A DNA stretch of 64,000 bases from Squalus acanthias (lineage: Eukaryota): NCBI GenBank assembly GCA_030390025.1, contig CM059432.1, forward strand, positions 140,804,001 through 140,868,000, written 5' to 3'. Under the pieces are notes generated by a model. It searched no databases. It saw nothing but the letters and a program-made list of their open reading frames with translations, and was not told the origin of the DNA. Shown here piece after piece: positions 11,812 through 24,777 of this stretch. A program made the translations under genes and the position numbers. How positions within the stretch are numbered: the first letter of the stretch is position 1; every line of letters starts with the position of its first letter.

Positions 11812-13330
11812 CCATTATTAAGGTCGCTTATTTCCACCTCTGTAACATCACCTGACTCCGCACCTGCCTCAGCTCATCTTCTGCTGACACCCTCAGCCAT
11901 GCCTTTGTTACCTCTAGACTTGACTATTCCAATGCACTCCTGGCTGGCCTCCCACTTTCTACCCTCGATAAACTTGAGGTCATGCAAAGCTCTGCTGCCC
12001 ATGTCTTAACTCGCACCTGTGCTCGCTGACCTACATTGGCTCCTGGTTAAGCAATGCCTCAATTTTAAAATTCTTATCCTTGTTTTCAAATCCCTCCATG
12101 GCCTCGTCCCTCCCTATCTCTGTAATCTCCTCCAGTCCTACAACCCTCTGAGTGATAGACTTCAGGAAGACATAGACAGGCTGGTGAAATGGGCAGACAC
12201 ATGGCAAATGAAATTTAATGCATAAAAGTACAAAGTGATACATTTTGGTAGAAAGAATGAGGAGAGGACATATAAACTAAATGGTACAATCCCAGAGGGA
12301 GTGCACGAACAGCGAGACCTGGGGATATGTGTGCACAAATCGTTGAAGGTGGCAGGGCAGGTTGAGAAAGCAGTTAAAAAGGCTTACGGGATCCTGGGCT
12401 TCATAAATAGAGGTATAGAGTACAAAAGTGTGGAAATTATGATGAACCTTTATAAAACACTGGTTCGACCCCAACTGGAGTACTGTGTCCAATTCTGGGC
12501 ACCACACTTTAGGAAGGATGTGAAGGCCTTAGAGAAGGTGCAGAAAAGATTTACAAAAATGGTTCCAGGGATGAGGGACTTCAGTTACGTTGATAGAATG
12601 GAGAAGCTGGGGTTGTTCTCCTTGGAGCAGAGAAGATTGAGAGGAGATTTGATAGAGGTGTTCAAAATCATGAGGGGGTCTAGACAGAGTAGATAGAGAG
12701 AAACTGTTCCCATGGGCAGAAGGGCCGAGAACCAGAGGACACAGATTTAAGGTGATTGGCAAAAGAACCAAAGGTGACGTAAGGAAAAAAAAAATTACGC
12801 AGCGAGTGGTTAAGATCTGGAATGCACTGCCTGAAAGGGCGGTGGAGGCAGAATCAATCACAGCTTTCAAAAGGGAGTTGGATAAGTATCTGAAGGAAAA
12901 CAATTTGCAGGGCAACGGGGAAAGGGCGGGGGAGTCGGACTAGCTGAGAGCCGGCACGGGCGCGACGGGCCGAATGGCCTTCTTCCGTGCTGTAACCATT
13001 CTATGATTCTATGATATCTGCGCTCCTCCAAGTCTGGCCTCTTGAGCATCCATGATTTGAATCGTTCCACCATTGACGGCCGTGCCTTCAGCTGCAAAGG
13101 CCCCAAGCTCTGGAATTCCCTCCCTAAACCTCTCCGCCTCTCTACCTCTCTTTCCTCCTTTAAGACGCTCCTTAAAACCTACATTTTGATCAAGCTTTTA
13201 GTCATCTGCCCTAATATCTCCTTAAGTGGCTCGGTGTCAAATTTTGTTTGAAACACTCCTGTACAGCACCTTAGGATGTTTTACTGCGTTAAAGGCTCTA
13301 TATAAATGCAAGTTGTTGTTGTTTTGTTGT
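11812..13330 (+). mobile_element. L2 3' fragment, split by the CR1 at 12153-13014
   Basis: LADLHWLLV..FKIL and GRAFS..GPKLWNSLP; (TTG)n tail. Confidence 0.85.
12153..13014 (+). mobile_element. CR1 3' fragment inserted into an L2 3' end
   Basis: ORF at 12235 (LVRPQLEYCVQFWAP); (ATTCTATG)n tail; L2 sequence on both sides. Confidence 0.9.
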
Positions 13331-13454
13331 TGTCTACCCGATCAAACCCTATCACAATTTTAAAGACCTCTATCAGGTCACCTCTTAGTTCTTCTCTTTA
13401 AAGGGCCCGCACAGGGAAAAAAATATTCGAGGGAACATTGGCTACCACTAGGCC

Positions 13455-13780
13455 GTGAAAGTTAAAATCTATCCCGTGATTTTGCCTACTTCACAAATGT
13501 CCCACGGTAAGAGTTTTTCCGATCAAGTATTCTGGGAATGCCTGGTTGAGGCTGTAGGCTACAACATCTTGAGGAGGTCAACGTTGTGCATATTTGAAGA
13601 TCCAATGGTGATCTTAGGTCGTCTGGAAAAAAAAGTAAAATTGCTGCTATGTTGAGTCTTTGATGGCAAGGTTGATGAACTTCTGAACCTAAGAATTTGG
13701 CTAATATGTTGGAGAGAGAAGAGGTGGCAGTAAAGGCACAGCTGCGGGCATTTCATAAGATAAGGAGAGGCATATGGAAT
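13455..13780 (+). pseudogene. Probable ancient L1 ORF2 C-terminal relic; upstream pieces at ~9200-9450 and ~11200-11400
   Basis: KIYP....DQVFWEC...EDPMVILG resembles the L1 CCHC region; FFKLVQKTVKCFLW at ~9308 resembles the post-RT FFK..FIW motif. Confidence 0.45.
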
Positions 13781-14344
13781 CAAAGCCACCTGGGTTGACC
13801 GCAAAGGATGTGCTCACCATAATCAAGTTTCAATTGAAATAAGAATATATCCATGGCATGGATTTTTTTTTAAAAAGAGGCATGAAGATTAGAGTGTGCT
13901 TATCAAAGATAAACTTTCTGATGGGGGTTTGTCCAATTCACGTTTGGGGAGATGGGATGGAGGTCCATTACACTGAATGTCCGCCCAGTGACGTTTTCTG
14001 CCATCACTTCCAGCAGCTGAGGGAAGAGTTGGCCATTCTGCTTATCCAGCTTCCCCTTAAATGCTTCTATGCTCGTCGCTTCAACCACTCCCTGTGGCAG
14101 CGAGCTCCACATTCTCACCACTCTCTGGGTAAAGAAGTTTCTCCTGAATTCCCTATTGGATTTATTAGTGACATTTTACTACATTAAAGGCACTATATAA
14201 ATGCAAGTTGTTCAGTCTCAAAAGGTGATGAACTTTATAAACTCATTATAAACTTTATAACTTAATATTTAAAGTGAGCTAACTAAGATTGTCAATTTTG
14301 TGTTGATTTTCTGTGTTTTTTTGAGCAAGTTTATTGCAGTTGTG

Positions 14345-15329
14345 AAAGTGTATCCTTCCTGCCCTGTCACTGGCCACTGTTAGTCCATGGGACTGTAGGC
14401 ATGGGGGTTATCAAAGTGTATCCTTCCTGCCCTGTCACTGGCCACTGTGGGCTGGATTTTGTGAATGGAGACGTGCTGGAGGCGGGACTGCTGCTTGTCG
14501 GGTCTAAGTCCCGCCTCCATCAGCCTCTGGCCAACCAGCGGGATTTTCCCCTGATTGACCTTGTTAAGCCCGCCCAGCGGGCTCAGCAGGCCAATTAGGG
14601 GGAAGTCAGTGACAGAGCACGTCAGCGTCTGACGTGCTATCCGTCAAGACTTCTTGAAAGAAGAAATGTCAGCGTTTGACAGCTCTGTGAAGCTGTCAAA
14701 CACTGACTTTCTGTGTAGTTTGGTGAGCTCTTGTGTTCAGGACTCATCAAACCTTTCTACTTTGTAGAAATCAGATGACTGTTGGTTCGGAGGATCCAAC
14801 AGCCAGTCTGTGAAATCTACAACGAAGATGTCGGGACTCCGGAACCACCACGGCTGAAGGCTGTAGGCAGAAACAAAGGTAAGTGAACATTTTATAACAC
14901 TTTACACTCACCTCACATACTTACCACTCCACACTTGCACCCATCACTCACCTCTACATCGCACTTTCAGACCCCTCCGACCCCCGCAGACCTCCTACTC
15001 GACTCCTCCACCCCGGCGGGGTTCTCCAAGGTCGGGAAGCCTGCACTTGAAAAGGTAAAATGGGACTAATCCTTTTTTCTGCCTGTTAACTACCTGTTAA
15101 CAGGCAGTTAAAAGGATTTAATCCCTTTCCCGCCTCGAGGAGACGGGACCCGGGGCAGGACGGCTTCCCGCCTCCTGGCAAAAGGGCACGGAGGCGGGAT
15201 GGAGGCGGGTTTGCCAGCCGCTCCCACTTTCTGCAACTTTACCGGCAGTCCCGCCTCCATACCCGCCTCCTCGGGGCTGGCAAAATCCAGCCCTGTTGGT
15301 CAATGGGACTGTAGGCATGGGGGTTATCA
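14345..15329. repeat. 68-bp tandem duplication, second copy interrupted by MITE B
   Basis: AAAGTGTATCCTTCCTGCCCTGTCACTGGCCACTGT at 14345 and 14413; remainder resumes after 15293. Confidence 0.85.
14449..15293 (+). mobile_element. Harbinger-type MITE family B
   Basis: Same TIR GGGCTGGATTTT with a different interior; exact TSD TGT. Confidence 0.9.
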
Positions 15330-15430
15330 CTGTCCACTGCTCTACCAAACTGAATTATTTACTTTTGCTTTTGAATTATTTACAAGTTGAGATAAGTTTA
15401 CAAGTAGTGCCATGCAAATGAGCCACAAAT

Positions 15431-17153
15431 TAGAACATAGAACAGTACAGCACAGTACAGGCCCTTCAGCCCTCGATGTTGTGCCGAGCATTGTCCGAAA
15501 CCAAGATCAAGCTATCCCACTCCCTATCATTCTGGTGTGCTCCATGTGCTTATCCAATAACCGCTTGAAAGTTCCTAAAGTGTCCGACTCCACTATCACA
15601 GCAGGCAGTCCATTCCACACCCCAACCACTCTCTGAGTAAAGAATCTACCTCGGACATCCCTTCTATATCTCCCCCCATGCACCTTATAGTTATGCCCCC
15701 TTGTAACAGCTACCTCCACCCGAGGAAATAGTCTCTGAACATCCACTCTATCTATCCCCCTCATCATCTTATAAACCTCTATTAAGTCGCCTCTCATCCT
15801 CCTCCGCTCTAAAGAGAAAAGCCCTAACTCCCTCAATCTTTCCTCATAAGACCTCCCCCCCAAACCAGGCAGCATCCTGGTAAATCTCCTTTGCACTCTT
15901 TCCAATGCTTCCACGTCCTTCCTATAGTGAGGTGACCAGAACTGCACACAATATTCCAAATGTGGTCTCACCAAGGTCCTGTACAGTTGTAGCATAACCT
16001 CACGGTTCTTAAACTCAAACCCCTTGTTAATAAACGCTAACACACTATAGGCCTTCTTTACTGCTCTATCCACTTGAGTGGCAACCTTCAGAGATCTGTG
16101 GATATGAACCCCCAGATCCCTCAGTTCCTCCACGTTCCTCAGAACCCTGCCGTTGACCCTGTAATCCTTATACAAATTTGCCCTACCAAAATGAATCACC
16201 TCGCACTTATCAGGGTTAAATTCCATCTGCCATTTTTCGGCCCAGCTCTGCATCCTATCAATGTCTCTTTGCAGCTTACAACAGCCCTCCACCTCATCCA
16301 CTACTCCACCAATCTTGGTGTCATCAGCAAATTTACTGATCCACCCTTCAGTCCCCTCCTCCAAGTCATTGATAAAAATCACAAACAGCAGAGGACCCAG
16401 CACCGACCCCTGTGGCACACCGCTGGTAACTGGTCTCCAGTCCGAAAATTTTCCATCCACCACCACCCTCTGCCTTCTATGAGATAGCCAGTTACTTATC
16501 CAATCGGCCAAATTTCCCTCTATCCCACAACTCCTTACTTTCTTCATGAGCCGACCATGGGGAACCTTATCAAACCCCTTACTAAAATCCATGTATACGA
16601 CATCAACTGCTCTACCTTCATCTACACACTTAGTTACCTCCTCAAAGAATTCAATCAAATTTGTTAGGCAAGACCTACCCTTCACGAATCCGTGTTGACT
16701 ATCCCTGATTAAGTTGCCTCTTTCCAAATGGTCATAAATCCTATCCCTCAGGACCTTTTCCATTATCTTACCAACCACCGAAGTGAGACTAACCGGCCTA
16801 TAATTACCAGGGTCATTCCTATTTCCTTTCTTGAAGAGAGGAACAACATTCGCCACTCTCCAGTCCTCTGGCACCATCCCCGTGGACAGTGAGGACCCAA
16901 AGATCAAAGCCAAAGGCTCTGCAATCTCTCCCTTGCCTCCCAAAGAATCCTAGGATATATCCCATCTGGCCCAGGGGACTTATCGACCCTCAGGTTCTTC
17001 AAAATTGCTAAAACATCTTCCCTCAGAACATCTACCACCTCCAGCCTATCCACCTTTATCACACTCTCATCCTCAAAAACATGGCCCCTCTCCTCGGTGA
17101 ACACTGACGAAAAGTATTCATTCATCACCTCTCCTATCTCTTCTGACTCCATG
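15431..17153 (-). mobile_element. 5'-truncated CR1 LINE (RT and C-terminus)
   Basis: 478-aa ORF with NYRPVSLTS, GVPQGSVLGP and FADD; one frameshift near 16930; tail near 15431. Confidence 0.93.
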
Positions 17154-18242
17154 AAATGATGCAGTTTATTTTTCCCTTGTTTCTACCTCACTAGCGCTAT
17201 TTTCTCTTTTCAGCAGGTGCATGGCTGTCTAACTGCTCCTGCAAGTCAAGCAGGGGGACACTGAAAGAGCCAACAGCTGTGTTCAGAGCAGCAGTTAATA
17301 AGTCATGTCTGGTACATCCGCTGATCTGTTGCTGTGCCTACAGGTCTTGTTGCCACCACTGCTACTAAATAAAACTATTACCTGGAATAACATTTTCTCA
17401 GGTTAGGGTTGGGGTTGGGATCAGGTGCAGTCTGAGTCCGGCTGAGGATTAGGCTCGGCTTAGATTCAAGGGCTGACTTCATGACATTGTGCCCCCAGCA
17501 CCGGTCCTCGCCCACTGAGCGAGCGCATTCATCGTGGAAAATTGCAGGGAACAGGCTCACAGTTTCCTGATAAGCGCTCCCAGTGGGTGAGACATTGTGC
17601 AGGACGGGTGAATTTGTGGCTTCAATCCTTCAGTCAATCGACGCCTCGATTTTAAAATTCTCATTTTGTTTTCAAATCCCTCCATGGCCTCACCTTTCCT
17701 TATCTTTGTAATCTCCTCCAACCCTACAACTCTCCGAAATCTCGGTGCTCCTTCAATTCCGGCCTCTTGTGCATCCCCAATTTTAATCGCTCCACCATTG
17801 GCGGCCGTGCCTTCAGCTGCCTGGGTCTTAAGCTCAGGAATTCCCTCCCTAAACCTCTCCGCCTCTCTTTCCTCCTTTAAGAAGCTCCTTACGACCTATC
17901 TCTTTGACCTGTCTGATAACGCTCCTGTGAAGCGCCTTGGGATGTTTTACTACGTTAAAGGCGCTATATAAATGCAAGTTGTTGTTGTTAGGGTTAGGAT
18001 TGATTTTAGGCTCAGGGTGAATTTAAATCAGAGGACAATTTTATTTCATTGTGAGGAATACACTGGGCTGGAGGAATCACTGAAGCAAGCCGAGGGGTGG
18101 GGGGCAGGATTTATTAAGAAGCAGAGGTATTTCATGAAACCGAGCTTTATGTCAACCCACTGACCTGGCTGTCATTGCTGTCACTATTACCATCTGCCAG
18201 GTTGTTGCTGCATCCTGGGTTGAAAGTTTTCAGAGCTGGGGA

Positions 18243-19998
18243 TAGGAACATTAGGAACAGGAGGAGCCATTCAGCCCCTCGGGCCAGTTCCGCCATTCAA
18301 TCAGATCATGGCTGATCTACACCTCAACTCCACAGAATCATAGAAATTTACAGCACAGAAGGAGGCCATTCGGCCCATCTTGTCCGTGCCGGCCGACAAA
18401 GAGCTATCCACCCTAATCCCACTTTCCAGCTCTTGGTCCGTAGCCTTGTAGGTTTCAGCACTTCAAGTGCATATCCAAGTACTTTTTAAATGTGATGAGG
18501 GTCTCTGCCTCTACCACCCTTTCAGGCAGTGAGTTCCAGACCCCCACCACCCTCTGGGTGAAAAAAATTCTCCTCAAATCCCCTCTAAACCTCCGACCAA
18601 TTACTTTAAATCTATGTCCCCTGGTTATTGACCCTTTTGCTAAGGGAAATAGGTCCTTCCTGTCAACTCTATCTAGGCCCCTCATAATTTTATACACCTC
18701 GATTAGGTCTCCCCTCAGCCTCCTCTGTTCCAAAGAAAACAACCCCAGCCTATCCAATCTTTCCTCATAGCTAAAATTCCCCAGCCCAGGCAACATCCTC
18801 GTAAATCTCCTCTGCACCCTCTCTAGTGCAATCACATCCTTCCTGTAATGTAGTGACCAGAACTACACGCAGTATTCTAGCTGCGGCCTAACTAGTGTTT
18901 TATACAGTGCAAGCATAACCTCACTGCTCTTATATTCTATGCCTCGGCTAATAAAGGCAAGTATTCCCGTAGGCCTTCTTAACCACCTTATCTACCTGTC
19001 CTGCTACCTTCAGGGATCTGTGGACATGCACTCCAAGGTCCCTCTGATCTCCTGCACTTCTCAGTGTCCTACCATTTATAGTGTATTCCCTTGCCTTGTT
19101 AGCCCTCCCCAAATGCATTACCTCACACTTCTCCAGATTGAATTCCATTTGCCACAGTTCTGCCCACCTGACCAGTCCATTGATATCTTCCTGCAGTCTA
19201 CAGCTTTCTTCTTCATTATCAACCACACGGCCAATTTTTTGTATCATCTGCAAACTTCTTAATCATACTTCCTACATTCAAGTCCAAATCATTGATATAT
19301 ACCACAAAAAGCAAAGGACCCAGTACTGAGCCCTGCAGAACCCCACTGGAAACAGCCTTCCAGTCACAAAAACACCCTTCGACCATTACCCTTTGTTTCC
19401 TGCCTCTGAGCCAATTTTGGATCCAACTTGCCACTTTGCCTTGGATCCCATGGGCTTTTACTTTCGTGACCAGTCTGCCATGCGGGACCTTATCAAAAGC
19501 CTCGCTAAAATCCACATAGACTACATCAAACGTGCTACCCTCATCGACCCACCTTGTTACCTCCTCAAAAAATTCAATCAAGTTAGTCAAACATGACCTT
19601 CCCTTAACAAATCCATCGACCCGCCTTTGCTCCATATCCCTTGATACCCTTACCCAACAAAATTTATCGATCTCTGCCTTGAAAGCTTAAATTGACCCCC
19701 AGCATCCACAACCTTTTGGGGGGAGAGAGCTCCAGATTTCCACTCCCCTTTGTGTGAAGAAGTGCTCCCTAATTTCACCCCTGAACGGCCTGGCTCTAAT
19801 GTTAAGGTTATGCCCCCCTTGTTCTGGACTCCCCCCCCACCAGAGGAAATACTTTCTCCGTATCTACTCTATCCAATCCTTTTATCTTTTTAAACACCTC
19901 AATCAGATCACCCCTCAATCTTCTAAACTCGAGGGAATGCAGGCCAAGTTTATGCAACCTGCCCTCATATTTTAACCCTTTAATCCCCAGTATCATTT
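18243..19998 (-). mobile_element. Nested CR1 fragments: inner copy ~18333-19613 inside an older CR1 3' end
   Basis: RT ORF pieces at 18455, 18948 and 19219. The host tail at 18243-18332 resumes at ~19614. Confidence 0.88.
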
Positions 19999-20584
19999 CA
20001 TTCAAAGATAGCGTATGGTGGTGGGGATGGGGTGGCGGTGGCGGGCGTGGGGTGGGGGGGGTGGTGGTGCATCATTCTTAATCAATTTAATTCTGTCACT
20101 TCATCTTCCCGCAGGGCCAGGATCGGTTGGGAAAAAAAGAGCGCGCGTTCTGCCATACCCAGAACGCACCCTCACGAAGGGAAGACGTCTTTCCGGATGC
20201 CAGAATTGATGAAGGCTGCGATAGAAGCTCCTTTAAAAAGCCCCTCACCTCTTCCCGCAGTTTAATTTATTTTCCTTTTCTCAGAAACACCGCATGTCAG
20301 GCTGAGAATCCGCAGGGAGCAATTTCCATTTTTAATCAAGGGACTGCCAGAAATGAGTGCCACATGTGGATAATTTAAGGAAAATGACACACTGTGTTTC
20401 TGCCTGTTTTATTTTTAACGAACAGTAATAAAGAGATACACATAGAGTTGCAGATTTCCTCCACCACCCCCCCCGCCACCCCCTCCCCGCCCCCTGAGGT
20501 TTATAAGTTTCACCTTTCCAATCTAATTTGAAATTCATCGACCGGAATGGAAATATTGAAATTACGATGCAAAAGCATGAGTTT

Positions 20585-20840
20585 TAGGAACAGGAGGAGG
20601 CCATTCAGGCCCTTCGAGTCTGTTCCGCCATTCAATTAGATCATGGTTAACTCCATCTACCCGCCTTGGTTCCTGACCCTTAATACCCTTACCCAGCAAA
20701 AATCCATCAATCTCAGTTTTGAAATTTTCAATTGACACCCCCCCCCCCCAGTCTCAACAGCTTTTTGGGGAGAGAGTTCCAGATTTCCACTACCCTTTGT
20801 GTGAAGAAGTGTTTCCTGACATCACCCCTGAGCGGCCTTA
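20585..20840 (-). mobile_element. CR1 3' tail; near-identical family member at 58592-58927 continuing at 63915-64000
   Basis: GGAACAGGAGGAGGCCATTCAG start; colinear similarity between the copies. Confidence 0.85.
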
Positions 20841-20874
20841 AGATTTGTTTTAATCTTTGCTGTATTTCTAATGT

Positions 20875-22130
20875 TAACCTGCTCACTGATGCTCAGTTTG
20901 GGTTCTGCCAGGACCACTCGGCTCCAGACCTCACTACAGCCTTGGTCCAAACATGGACTGAAAGAGCTGAATTCCAGAGATGAGGTGAGAGTGACTGCCC
21001 TTGATATCATTTGACTGAGTGTGGCATCAAGGAGCCCCAGTAAAATTGAAGTCAATGGGAATCAGGGGGTAAACACTCCAATGGCTAGAGTCATACCTAG
21101 CACAAAAGAAGATGGTTGTGGTTGTTGGAGGCCAATCATCTCAGCCCCGGGACATTGCTGCAGGAGTTCCTCAGGGCAGTGTTCTAGGCCCAACCATCTT
21201 CAGCTGCTTCATCAATGACCTTCCCTCACTCATAAGGTCAGAAGTGGGGATGTTCGCTGATGATTGCACAGTGTTCAGTTCCATTCGCAACTCCGCATGC
21301 AGCAAGATCTGGACAACATTCAGGATTGGGCTGATAAGTGGCAAGTAACATTCTCACCACAGAAGTGCCACAATGACCATCTCCAACAAGAGAGAGTCTA
21401 ACCGCCACCCCTTGACATTCAACGGCATTACTATCACTGAATCACCCACCATCAACATCCTGGGGGTCACCATTGACCAGAAACTTAATTGGACCAGATA
21501 TAGAAATACTGTGGCTACAAGAGCAGGTCAGAGACTAAGTATTCTGCGGTGAGTGTCTCACCTCCTGACTCCCCAAAGCCTTTCCACCATCTACAAGGCA
21601 CAAGTCAGAAGTGCGATGGAATACTCTCCACTTGCCTGGATGAGTGCAGCTCCAACAACTCAAGAATATTGACTCTATCCAGGACAAAGCAGCCCGCTTG
21701 ATTGGCACCCCATCCACCACCTTAAACATTCACTCCCTCCACCACCGGCGTACCGTGGCTGCAGTGTGTACCCTCTACAAGATGCACTGCAGCAACTCGC
21801 CAAGGCTTCTTCGACAACACCTTCCAAACCTGCGACCTCTACCACCTAGAAGGACAAGGGCAGCAGGTGCATGGGAACACCATCACCTCCAAGTTCCCCT
21901 CCAAGTCACATACCATCCTGACTTGGAAACTTATCGCCGATCCTTCATCGTCGCTGGGTCAAAATCCTGGAACTCTCTCCCTAACAGCACTGTGGGAGTA
22001 GCTTCACCACACGGACTGTAGCGGTTCAAGAAGGCGGCTCACCACCACCTTCTCGAGGGCAATTAGGGATGGGCAATAAATGCTGGCCTTGCCAGCGACG
22101 CCCACACCTCGTGAACGAATAAAGAAAAAA
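20875..22130 (+). mobile_element. LINE family B (divergent CR1-clade), 5'-truncated
   Basis: GVPQGSVLGP..FIND..MFADD and C-terminal IQDKAARLI...WNSLP; A-rich tail. Confidence 0.88.
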
Positions 22131-22979
22131 ACTTGCTGGTGAGATATTACTGATGTTGACTAGGGCAAATGATTTGATGCCACAAGGTAAGTCATTCAAA
22201 TTTCAAAGTGAACGCATCTTCTCTACATCTACCCTATCAAACCCCTTCATAATTTTAAAGACCTTTATTAGGTCACCTTTCAGCCTTCTCTTTTCTAGAG
22301 AAAAGAGTCCCAGTCTGTTCAGTCTTTCCTGATAGCTGTAACCTCTCAGTTCTGGTATCATCCTTGTAAATCTTTTTGTACTTTCTCCGGTGCCTCTCTA
22401 TCCTTTTTGTAATATGGAGACCAGACTGGAATAGCTTGTTTGAGCTGAAAGGGGCTGTACCAAGAGATTGACCTCACAGTTTTAAAATAATGCAGAACCC
22501 CCTCGTCATTTTTCCATGGGTAGGTCGTTTTAGTAGGAAGGTTTTCAGTTTAAAACGACCGCAACACATGTATATTAAATAAAGATTTTCTGACTGGAAG
22601 GATGCACAGTAGAGCCTCAGTGCAGCAGGCTTTTTGGGGTTTAGCCAAATAAAACAGCACATTATAACGAGGTGCACAGTATGGTGGGGTCCCGCTGATT
22701 TTCTGTTTAAGCACAGTACAACATTTGTATTGACAGTCAGTAGGGATTATGCTACTGCTCCCTGTTCTCACTCTTCCAAGAAACCTGTTGTTCTGTTCAC
22801 AATAAACTGCTCCAGTCAAGTTCTTTCTCCGCTGTTCTGTTTCCCATGAATTGGTCAACATCGTCTGATAACTGTCAAAGTTTGTAATATAATCCTTCGT
22901 TTCGGGTGAAACATATATACACCCCGCGTGATTTTCCTTTCCATTGGAGTCATATCGAGAGGGATGTGTAACGTATAAT

Positions 22980-23638
22980 GGCCCGGATTATCCGGGGCCT
23001 GTGACCGCGTACGCTGGGTTTCCGCGTGCGATGCGCATGGGCGAAGACCCGGACCTCGCGATCTGTCGCGATCGTACGAATTCCCGGGAAATGGACCTTC
23101 GCCGGCGGAGAGTTTGCCCAACGACTGCCCAGCAAATGCCCATGAAACTCTTACGCCCGGTAAAAGCAGGCGGAGGGTTTAAAGAAATATTTTTTAAAAA
23201 ATCAAATCATTTAAACTTTAAAAAAAACTTTCAGATTAGTTCAGATTATTCTTGGACCTTTTAAAAATGTTTAAATTTATTTTTCAAAAAAAAAAAAAAT
23301 TTTGTTTTAAATGTTTAATTGCATTGTGTTTTAAATTAATTTTGAGCGGGTAATGATTTATTTTTATTTAAGTTGTTTGAAATTTGTGTTTTTTAGGTGA
23401 GTTCTGTTATGCCTCTGGGGATTCCGTACCTAAATGGAATCTCCATAAGGATAATGGGAATCCCCCTTTCTCATTGGTTGGGCCGGCCCACGTGATCCCA
23501 GGGGACACTAGCGATCTGCAGGCGCTCCTGGGATACGTGGGCCTCTACGCAGGTACGGGACCATCAGGTAGGCTCGTACTTTTATTGCGGTTCAGAGACA
23601 TTCGCCCGCGGGAAGCCTCCGACCGCAAATTCAGGCCC
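22980..23638. mobile_element. Non-autonomous TIR element with GC-rich arms and AT-rich core
   Basis: AAT on both flanks; imperfect GG(G/C)CC-type TIR. Confidence 0.7.
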
Positions 23639-23641
23639 AAT

Positions 23642-24102
23642 GTATATTTATATCGCGTCTTTCACGACCTCAGGACGTCCCAAATTGATTTACAGCCAAT
23701 GAAGTACTTTTTTGAAGTGTAGTCACTGTTGTCACGTAGGAAACACAACAGCCAATCTGCTCACAGCAAGCTCCCACAAACAGCAATGTGATCATGACCA
23801 GATAATCTGTTTTTTAGTGATGTTGGTTGAGGGATAAATATTGGCCAGAACACCGGGGAGAACTCCCCCCTGCTCTTCTTCGAAAAGTGCCATGAGATCT
23901 TTCACATCCACCTGAGAGAGCAGACGGGGCCTCGGTATAACATCTCATCCGAAAGACGGCACCTCCGACAGTGCAGCACTCCCTCAGCACTGCATTGGAG
24001 TGTCAGCCTGGATTTTTGTGCTCAAGTCTCTGGAGTAGGACTCTGAACCCACGACCTTCTGACTCAGAGGCAAGCGTGCTTCCCACTTAGCCACAGCTGA
24101 CA
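23642..24102 (-). mobile_element. tRNA-derived Deu-domain SINE (SacSINE1/AmnSINE1-like), near full length
   Basis: Pol III A/B boxes at the head; central TTGCTGTTTGTGGGAGCTTGCTGTG..AAATTGGCTG domain; L2-like tail. Confidence 0.85.
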
Positions 24103-24777
24103 GTAGGCCCAAGGCCTAATTTTGGGTGAGACTTAGACCTCTTGGTTGGGGCATGCACTATCTGTGCACCGCTGGTTATGCGCCTGAAATGGGCCATAAC
24201 CAATTTCTACCCCGAAAAACTCTGCAGTTCAATCATTAGCAATAGCCTACTTTAATGACATCCTGTATTTAAAGAGAAGTTCCCATTCCCTAAAACAAGC
24301 AGGGGGACATTGGCCCTATATCCCAGTGTCAGTACCTTTTGTTATCAGCCCTTAGAATCATAGAATCGTACAGCACAGAAGGAGGCCATTCAGCCCATCG
24401 TGCCTGTACCGGCTCTTTGAAAGAGCTATCAAATTATTCCCACTACTTCCTGCAAATTTTTCCTTTTCAACTATTTATCCAATTCCCTTTTGAAAGTTAC
24501 TATCGAGTCTGCTTCCACTGCCCTTTCAGGCAGGGCATTCCCGATTACAACAACTCGCTGCGTAAAAATAAATTCTCCTCATCTCCCCCCTGGTTCTTTT
24601 GCCCGTTACCTTAAATCTGGGTCCTCTGGTTACCGACCCTCCTGCCAGTGGAAACAATTTCTCCTTATTTACTCTACCACAAGTCCTCATAATTTTGAAC
24701 ACCTCTATTAAATCTCCCCCTACTTAGGCTGATTACATTAAAATTTTCTGTTTACAACACCCAGGTTAAAAGGCAAT

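Noticed and set aside
17215..17370. Polypyrimidine acceptor followed by a Cys-rich frame
   Set aside because: No donor, no recognisable homology, and the frame ends in a stop.
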